A DNA stretch of 10,504 nt, from IMG/VR virus record IMGVR_UViG_2541047882_000009, positions 1 through 10,504 of that record; one strand, 5' to 3'. A model generated the notes under the pieces. That model worked only from the letters and a program-made list of their open reading frames with translations, was not told the origin of the DNA and ran no database searches. Numbering within the stretch: position 1 is the first letter of the stretch; the number at the start of each line of letters is the position of its first letter. The DNA is from a virus. Taxonomy: Duplodnaviria > Heunggongvirae > Uroviricota > Caudoviricetes. The translations under genes and the position numbers were made by a program. Below are positions 5,250 through 10,504 of this stretch, piece by piece.

Positions 5250-6646
5250 TGAACATCATCCCCATCGACGCAAATCACGCCGTCTTTTTCCAGTTTGGCT
5301 AACCATCGTTTAAGGTGTTTTGTGTCATATCCCAGCTTTTTCATGTCATCACGTAGCAGCGGGATCGTACATTTATCACCATGCTGTATACGCGACCGGA
5401 TACAACCCCATAAAGCCGTGTGATTTTCCGTCTTGTTCCCGGCCTCCTCTATGCGCTCCAGTTCAGCAGGGGCGCGGGGAACGTCAATCACCACCATGGA
5501 CACAATCTCTTCGCCATCTGTATCGGTGAACACCTCCACGCTTTTAAGATCGTATGCACTCTCTTTTGGCTCCTCTGCGTCCTTCATCTTCGTACACGCC
5601 GCCACCAGTGCTGTAACCTCTGAATTTTCCCGGCTGATTCGGTACTCTGCATCAAGCGCGGCACGGAATGCGCTGGAACCGCGCGCCCCCTTTGTTTCAT
5701 CCTTGCCGGAATGGTGAACCACCAGCACCGTGGCCCCTGTGGCCTGCTTTATCGCGTCACACCCCTGGATAAATGCGCCCATATCGCGGGAATCATTTTC
5801 ATCATTCCCACCAAAGCAACGGGCCAGCGTGTCGATCACAATCAGCCGCACATTTTCGCCCGTTCTGCTCTTAACAAGTCCGGCAGTCCTGATAACCTGC
5901 TCCACATAGTCAGGCGATGCGGGGAAGACAGGCGCGTTAACGATGCACAAATCTGTAACCACCTTGTCATGGGTTATCTCCCACGCCTTAACGCGGCGTT
6001 TTACGCCCATACTGCCTTCGCCAGCGATATAGATAACAGCGCCCTTACTTACCCTGCGGCCTCCCCATGCCATACCTGTGGCAACATGGCACGACCAGGA
6101 AATAGCCAGGAACGATTTATAAGAACCGCTGGCCCCGTAGGTGCTGCATAATGACTCAGCCGGAATAAGCCCCTTAATTACGTAGCTTTGCTGCGCGTCG
6201 AATCCCTCAGAACCCCATGAGATGGGAAGTGTGATTTTTCGCTTTCCACCATTCATGACCAGACTTTCCCCGCGTTCCCAGGTTTCTTTAAGCCGCGGTA
6301 GTTGCTCGCTCCAGTCCTCCAGCAGTTCGAAATTCTCTGAAAGTAACCGTGCTTCCTGGACACCTGCGATCGCCAGTTTGGTGGCAATGGTCAGCATCTG
6401 CATATCGTCCAGGTTTCCGGCGCGTATGACCTTTGCTCTGTATCGTCCTTCATCAACAATCTGTAAATTGTCCAGTTCGCTTAACTGATAACGGCCCAGG
6501 TAAACCGGAGGGATGGGATCGCCTGCTTTTTTGGCCTGTGCAATCATGTAATGTTCTGCAAAGGAGTGAGCATTATCACCCGCAAAAATAACCGCCTCAG
6601 TGTGTTTATCTTTCGGTAACAGTTTTACGTTCGGTGCCAGTTTCAT
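5240..6646 (-). CDS. Replication initiator/helicase-type ATPase, RepA-like (AAA_25 RecA-fold core), 468 aa, with a C-terminal winged-helix-like tail
   Basis: Seen in sequence: Walker A-like GASGSYKS, Walker B-like RLIVIDTL followed by VLVVHHSGKDETKG, in the arrangement LIPAESLCSTYGASGSYKSFLAISW...AVIYIAGEGS typical of AAA_25/RepA-like proteins. Established knowledge: such proteins act as replication initiators or helicases in PICIs, plasmids and integrative elements. The N-terminal 150 aa is unassigned and has no obvious primase motifs. An iteron array lies immediately 3-prime. Confidence 0.8.
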   Translation of the reverse strand: MKLAPNVKLLPKDKHTEAVIFAGDNAHSFAEHYMIAQAKKAGDPIPPVYLGRYQLSELDNLQIVDEGRYRAKVIRAGNLDDMQMLTIATKLAIAGVQEARLLSENFELLEDWSEQLPRLKETWERGESLVMNGGKRKITLPISWGSEGFDAQQSYVIKGLIPAESLCSTYGASGSYKSFLAISWSCHVATGMAWGGRRVSKGAVIYIAGEGSMGVKRRVKAWEITHDKVVTDLCIVNAPVFPASPDYVEQVIRTAGLVKSRTGENVRLIVIDTLARCFGGNDENDSRDMGAFIQGCDAIKQATGATVLVVHHSGKDETKGARGSSAFRAALDAEYRISRENSEVTALVAACTKMKDAEEPKESAYDLKSVEVFTDTDGEEIVSMVVIDVPRAPAELERIEEAGNKTENHTALWGCIRSRIQHGDKCTIPLLRDDMKKLGYDTKHLKRWLAKLEKDGVICVDGDDVHPL

Positions 6647-6942
6647 TTTTTACCTCTGGATGCGCTGAGCATGCTTTTTATTTTCTTAATATTTTCCCGT
6701 GCTTTTTCCCTGCTGGTGGGCTTACCGCGTGTTACGTTCTGTACCAGAGAAAAATCACGCCGGAACTGATAAACAGGCATCACGCAGTCATAGCCGTACC
6801 CATCACGGCGGTAAGTAACACACCGTCCCGCCACGCTTTTAATCGTTACAGTGCCGCCGTATTTATCTTTGAAAATATCGCCGGGGCGGATTTCAGGCCG
6901 AGCGGGGCCGCTGGCAGTAAAGCCAGAAATTTTCTGTTTCAT
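6643..6942 (-). CDS. Hypothetical basic protein, 99 aa (possibly DUF4222-like)
   Basis: Seen in sequence: ORF whose stop overlaps the rep start (ATGA). The motif GDIFKDKYGGTVTIKSVAGRCVTYRRDGYGYDCVMPVYQFRRDF is reminiscent of small prophage proteins found upstream of primase/rep genes; this is a recollection with low certainty. Confidence 0.5.
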   Translation of the reverse strand: MKQKISGFTASGPARPEIRPGDIFKDKYGGTVTIKSVAGRCVTYRRDGYGYDCVMPVYQFRRDFSLVQNVTRGKPTSREKARENIKKIKSMLSASRGKK

Positions 6943-6947
6943 GGTTT

Positions 6948-7181
6948 TTATTTCCCGGTGTGTTGTTCTTTATATCTGTCGTGCAAAAGGTCTATTTCTT
7001 GTAGTTCCATTATTACCGGCTCAAGAAGCGTTATTAACGCCGTCGCAATATTGCTGTTGCGTTTATTTCTTTCATTATCGCCAAGCGTTTCAAGCCATAA
7101 GCGCAATATTTCAAGCATGTTTTCACTGTAAGCAAGAGCACGGTATGCACGGTCTACTGTGTCATTGTAAATATCACACAT
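6948..7181 (-). CDS. Hypothetical helical protein, 77 aa
   Basis: Seen in sequence: start overlaps the stop of the 154-aa gene; the stop lies 5 nt before the next start. No family recognised. Confidence 0.5.
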   Translation of the reverse strand: MCDIYNDTVDRAYRALAYSENMLEILRLWLETLGDNERNKRNSNIATALITLLEPVIMELQEIDLLHDRYKEQHTGK

Positions 7182-7638
7182 GGCTTACATCCTCCGGGAA
7201 TTTTCTTCTGTAACGCGCCTCTGCCACATATTCCGCATAGTCCGACGCAATATTGAGAATATCGCTACCCGTTCCTGAATGTTTGGCGGTTTCCAGCAAA
7301 AAACATGCAGCTTTTACCATGTCAGCAACACATAACAGCGCAATATCTGTATCTTCCGGTGCGCCATCAAATTCCTGTTTCAGGGCATTAAAACGATCAT
7401 CACGCATAACCCCCCCATTTTCACAATCAGCAATCAGGATGGCTTTAGCCTCATTCAGTGCCATATCAGCGGTAAGCTGTGCGTAGGCCAGCGAATGGGG
7501 GATTATTTCCCCTGTATATTCCGTCTCTCTGGTAATGTGTTTTTCTGCGGTTGCTGCCGTGCATGAAATATCAATCAGCGCGTGCATCAGCGTTTTGATG
7601 GCTTCGGCGGCTGCGTCCGGACGGGTGTTATTGCACAT
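7174..7638 (-). CDS. Hypothetical acidic protein, 154 aa
   Basis: Seen in sequence: ORF with start overlapping the upstream stop and stop overlapping the downstream start, so it is translationally coupled within the operon. No family recognised. Confidence 0.6.
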   Translation of the reverse strand: MCNNTRPDAAAEAIKTLMHALIDISCTAATAEKHITRETEYTGEIIPHSLAYAQLTADMALNEAKAILIADCENGGVMRDDRFNALKQEFDGAPEDTDIALLCVADMVKAACFLLETAKHSGTGSDILNIASDYAEYVAEARYRRKFPEDVSHV

Positions 7639-7834
7639 GGCGCACCCCCTGACGAATACGGGCGGCGAATACCATCACACAGCCAGCCGGGGATTGCTGG
7701 CGTGCTTCCTGTTCGCTGGTGGCCTCAATGGTAATCACACGCGGTTGTGCCGTGCTCAGGGCGATAAAACGCCAGATGTATTTATTCAGGTTGTGCGAGT
7801 CCCGCCCTTGCGGGTGTGTGGTATGATTTCTCAT
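7628..7834 (-). CDS. Small protein, 68 aa, resembling Icd/Ash-like proteins of P4-like elements
   Basis: Seen in sequence: ATG at 7834 preceded by a GAGGT SD; the stop overlaps the start of the next gene (ATGTGCAATAA). It forms the in-frame C-terminal part of the spurious long ORF 7628..8680. Recalled, not searched: the motif ...RFIALSTAQPRVITIEATSEQEARQQSPAGCVMVFAARIRQ resembles Icd-like host cell division inhibitor family proteins. Confidence 0.5.
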   Translation of the reverse strand: MRNHTTHPQGRDSHNLNKYIWRFIALSTAQPRVITIEATSEQEARQQSPAGCVMVFAARIRQGVRHVQ

Positions 7835-8030
7835 AGCTACCTCGATACGCTTTCTATCGTTGGTGGTTAGACGCCCTGCATGTGTGCCACCACTGCGGGG
7901 CGTTGCTGTATATACACCACAATTATTGGTGTGCATACAGATTAAATTTAAGTGTGCTACAGTGTCAAGTGTTTTATTAACACACCTTTTGGTGTAATGT
8001 GTACACACCTCAAAATAACCGGACATCCTA
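7835..8030. promoter_or_regulatory. Divergent promoter/operator region between the small-regulator gene and the replication operon
   Basis: Seen in sequence: AT-rich gap containing several ACACC/GGTGT inverted repeats (ACACC-N9-GGTGT near 7914-7932, ACACC-TTTT-GGTGT near 7982-7995, GTGTACAC near 7999-8006). A minus-strand sigma70-like promoter is present: -35 TTGACA (complement of 7963-7968), 16-bp spacer, -10 TTTAAT (complement of 7941-7946). A leader hairpin lies near 7872-7900. Confidence 0.5.
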
Positions 8031-8330
8031 ATGGCAACAGGAAACATCAACAGCAGATCGCAAATGAAAAATATCCGCTTCCCCCATGATGTAATCGAGG
8101 AAATGGAAAATTCGAAAACGGAAGGGGAAACAATAGCCGCTTTCGTGATTACAGCTGTTCGCGGGGAGATCGCCCGCCGCCAAGCTGAAGGAAGCGGAGA
8201 AAATCCCCTGGTTTCTTCGCTCGATGCACTGGCGCAGGTGGAAAAAATTGGAGTCAAAGCTGCCGAGGAGATCGGGCAACTCGTCGCCGTCGCGCGTGAA
8301 GAACTCCAGCGCCGCAAGGCCAAAGAATAG
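8031..8330 (+). CDS. Small DNA-binding protein, ribbon-helix-helix-like; candidate repressor of the divergent replication operon
   Basis: Seen in sequence: 99-aa ORF and the only convincing plus-strand gene, divergent from the minus-strand operon. Inference: the N-terminal segment KNIRFPHDVIEEMENSKTEGETIAAFVITAVRGEIARR fits a beta-strand then two helices as in Arc/MetJ/CopG folds. The SD is weak (GGA only) and the true start could be the internal Met at codon 12. Confidence 0.5.
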   Translation: MATGNINSRSQMKNIRFPHDVIEEMENSKTEGETIAAFVITAVRGEIARRQAEGSGENPLVSSLDALAQVEKIGVKAAEEIGQLVAVAREELQRRKAKE

Positions 8331-8437
8331 GAATAGCCCACCAGCAAGCCAGCACACTGATCACATTGCCCACCAGCCGCAAATGTGGCATTGTTGGCTA
8401 TGCTCATGCGTTGGGGATAACGTGTAGCTTGTGTCGA

Positions 8438-8468
8438 GGGGCCACCGTAGCGGGTGGCCTTTGTTTTG
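8438..8468 (+). terminator. Rho-independent terminator downstream of the plus-strand regulator gene
   Basis: Seen in sequence: stem GGCCACC / GGTGGCC (8440-8446 and 8453-8459) with loop GTAGCG, followed by TTGTTTT. Confidence 0.55.
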
Positions 8469-8563
8469 CCTGTTATCCTGCAACTATGGTCATTTCGACC
8501 ACGGTTGATATAACCCCCCTGCACTGATCCAATTTTTTCGCAGCAGGTTAATTGTTCAGAAAG

Positions 8564-8591
8564 GCGGCTCCATTTCGGGGCCGCTTTTTTT
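8564..8591 (+). terminator. Second plus-strand rho-independent terminator
   Basis: Seen in sequence: stem GCGGCTCC / GGGGCCGC (one G-U pair) with loop ATTTC, followed by a run of seven T. Confidence 0.55.
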
Positions 8592-8732
8592 ATGCCTGAA
8601 AAACCACAATTTTGTTGTTTTCCAGTCTCACCAGGACGAGCGAAGCCCCGCCCCTGTTCGGGCGTATATCCAGTCTTCATGGTTAAATCTCTGTATTAGT
8701 GGATGGGAGGCGGCTGTGTGCCGCCAGCCTGA

Positions 8733-8936
8733 TTAGTGAACTGCCTCGCGGCTGTCCTTCCATGCCAGAACTTCGGATAAAGACCAGCCAACGGAACGAC
8801 CGCCGAGTTTACGCCGTGATGGGAATTGTCCGGTTTTTTCCAGGCGGTACCGACATGAGCGGCTCAGGCCTGTAAGTTGCTGACATTCTTTTTCACGTAT
8901 AAAGCGATCAGTGCTTAACACTATTGCCTCCGTCAT
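8733..8936 (-). CDS. alpA: AlpA-family (excisionase-like, MerR-type HTH) DNA-binding regulator, 67 aa
   Basis: Seen in sequence: 67-aa ORF downstream of int on the same strand. Established knowledge: the size and the motif ...QQLTGLSRSCRYRLEKTGQFPSRRKLGGRSVGWSLSEVLAWK... are typical of AlpA/Vis-like regulators of P4-like prophages and Gram-negative PICIs. An int then alpA order is the canonical layout. Confidence 0.8.
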   Translation of the reverse strand: MTEAIVLSTDRFIREKECQQLTGLSRSCRYRLEKTGQFPSRRKLGGRSVGWSLSEVLAWKDSREAVH

Positions 8937-9189
8937 TTCTCAAAGAGTCATTTGGTGTCTTATTGTGTCGTATTGTTCCCGCTGGAGTGATGAATGGCAA
9001 ATATTGGTGACGGCCATTTTACAGAAATGGGGTAATTAGAATAAAAATACTTTTAAATCATTGTGATAAAGTAGCGTAAAATTCTGTTTTTACGTCTTTT
9101 TTACATGTTTTTAAGAGTGATTCGCCAGTGTATAAAAAAACAGTATGCATATAAAAATCAAATGTTTATGGCGCTGTTTGATTTTTAAT

Positions 9190-9257
9190 CCGTTTGTTCC
9201 AGATTGTTCGCCGTTGTTCGTCGTGGTGTCTCGTTGTTTCACGTTGTGTCCGTTCTG
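9190..9257. repeat. Six to seven tandem 10-bp direct repeats (nCGTTGTKTC) downstream of int and upstream of the alpA promoter
   Basis: Seen in sequence: ccgtttgttc, cagattgttcg, ccgttgttcg, tcgtggtgtc, tcgttgtttc, acgttgtgtc at 10-bp phasing. A related trio (TTGGTGTC, TTGTGTCG, TTGTTCC) at 10-bp phasing lies at about 8944-8973, directly upstream of the alpA start. Confidence 0.65.
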
Positions 9258-9274
9258 AAAAATCGCGAAAAAAA

Positions 9275-10504
9275 TTATATTTCTCTGGCTATTGGCAGTG
9301 TGGTTACGTTTTCGTGAGCACCTGCCAGTATCTCTAATCGCTCTGTCCACATATCCAGCGCGTTACGTTTCGCATCAATATAGCGGGAGTGGTTATAGAC
9401 TCGTTGCATCCCTGGCATCTGGTGGGCGGTAAGTTGCTCGACAATATGCGGATCCACGCCTAAATCGTTCAGCATCGTGGTAAACGTGCGCCGTATATCG
9501 TGCAGGGACCAGTGAGGATGGTTTAATTTTTTGTGCGTAAATCTGCCGTATTGTGACACGCTGGCTTCCTGTTTCAGTTCTCCGAGTAATAACCCTGTGT
9601 GCCTGTTCTGCTCCACCAGCTGCGTGACGAACGGCAAAATGCTTTCCGGTATTGGCCTGAATATGGCGACCTTCGTTTTGCTGTGTTCTTTCGGTACCGT
9701 CCAGAGCATTTCCTTAAAATCCCACTCCCTGATCTCCGACAGCCTCAGTTCTCCGGTCCGGCAGCCGAACACAATCAGGAGGCGGATTAGTGCGCTGTAG
9801 TAGGGCGGGAATATTTTTTTATCCAGCGCCTGTAATAATTCGCCCAGTTCTTTGTTACTAAGCACGCGTTCGCTTATGCCCGGCTTTTTGCCAACGTCCA
9901 GCACGTTGAGATCATCCAGAACGTTACTGACTGCGTAGCGACGTTTACGGCAGAACTTAAGCGCCTGTTTGCACGCCTGCATCATGTGGCCAGATGTTAC
10001 GGGTGATTTTTTGCGTATCCGGTCAAAACAGGCCAGCCAGTGACGCAACTCGCATTTATCCAGCGGCATATTGCCAATATGCTGTATGACGTGATTATTC
10101 AGGCGGCTTTTCAGGGAGACGTAATCGACACGGTTTTCCTTTACGTGCATTTCCAGCCAGTAGCTGATCGCATCGCCTACCGTTACCGGCTTTAGTGCTT
10201 CCTGTATGGAGTAATTAAGCTCATGGCGTGGATTTTTTCCCTCTGCCAGCCATGCGCGACACTGTGCTGCTTTTTCCCTGGCTGCTTTCAGGCTCAGATC
10301 CGGATAATTTCCCAGCTTCAGGCGTTCCGGTGATACCTGGCGTCCTGTTCCTGCCCTGTAGGTGAAATACCAGGTTAACAGACCGCTGGTGGAGTGTCTG
10401 ATACTCAGATTTCCACCGTCATTAAGAAAGGTGGTTTTTTGGGCTGGTGTGCCGTTGATTTTTCTTAGCTGCGTGTCGCTCAGTTTGTTAAGTGCCCTGC
10501 TCAT
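9275..10504 (-). CDS. int: Tyrosine site-specific integrase, P4-type, 409 aa
   Basis: Seen in sequence: 409-aa ORF whose ATG is the last three bases of the window. Established knowledge: the N-terminal arm-binding-like segment (LSDTQLRK...FLNDGGNLSIR...WYFTYR...LKLGNYPDLSLKAAREKA) and the C-terminal catalytic region with HxxR and a terminal Tyr context (HDIRRTF...HQMPGMQRVYNHSRY) match the P4 integrase family layout. The promoter and any att site or tRNA would lie beyond the window. Confidence 0.9.
   Translation of the reverse strand: MSRALNKLSDTQLRKINGTPAQKTTFLNDGGNLSIRHSTSGLLTWYFTYRAGTGRQVSPERLKLGNYPDLSLKAAREKAAQCRAWLAEGKNPRHELNYSIQEALKPVTVGDAISYWLEMHVKENRVDYVSLKSRLNNHVIQHIGNMPLDKCELRHWLACFDRIRKKSPVTSGHMMQACKQALKFCRKRRYAVSNVLDDLNVLDVGKKPGISERVLSNKELGELLQALDKKIFPPYYSALIRLLIVFGCRTGELRLSEIREWDFKEMLWTVPKEHSKTKVAIFRPIPESILPFVTQLVEQNRHTGLLLGELKQEASVSQYGRFTHKKLNHPHWSLHDIRRTFTTMLNDLGVDPHIVEQLTAHQMPGMQRVYNHSRYIDAKRNALDMWTERLEILAGAHENVTTLPIAREI

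Noticed and set aside
5240-6646. Calling the rep protein a primase-helicase fusion of the P4 alpha type
   Set aside because: Only the RecA-fold ATPase core (Walker A and B) is recognisable. The N-terminal 150 aa is too short for a primase-polymerase domain and has no zinc-binding or TOPRIM-like acidic motifs, so I limited the call to a RepA-like ATPase.
7628-8680. 350-aa minus-strand ORF spanning the divergent promoter region and the antisense of the plus-strand regulator gene
   Set aside because: The translation is low-complexity (Ser/Thr/Arg/Cys-rich) and runs through AT-rich operator and promoter sequence and two terminators. Only the last 68 codons, from the ATG at 7834 with its own SD, look like a real protein, so I annotated that part only.

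Overview
The window reads as one compact, integrase-bounded mobile element of the phage-satellite kind, almost entirely transcribed on the minus strand. From right to left it carries a P4-type tyrosine integrase (start codon at the window edge), an AlpA-family regulator, a divergent regulatory switch with a small ribbon-helix-helix-like protein, an operon of small proteins ending in a RepA-like (AAA_25-type) replication ATPase, an iteron array, an SSB, a head operon with lambda gpE-like major capsid and gpD-like decoration proteins, and a lambda Nu1-like small terminase. The most unusual feature is two lambda-type cos regions in inverted orientation flanking terS, which share a near-identical core but carry different cosB repeat motifs. 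No portal, protease, large terminase or tail genes are present, so the element probably depends on a lambdoid helper phage. All family assignments come from reading the translations and from recalled lambda sequences, not from database searches; hand-counted coordinates of non-CDS features may be off by a base or two.
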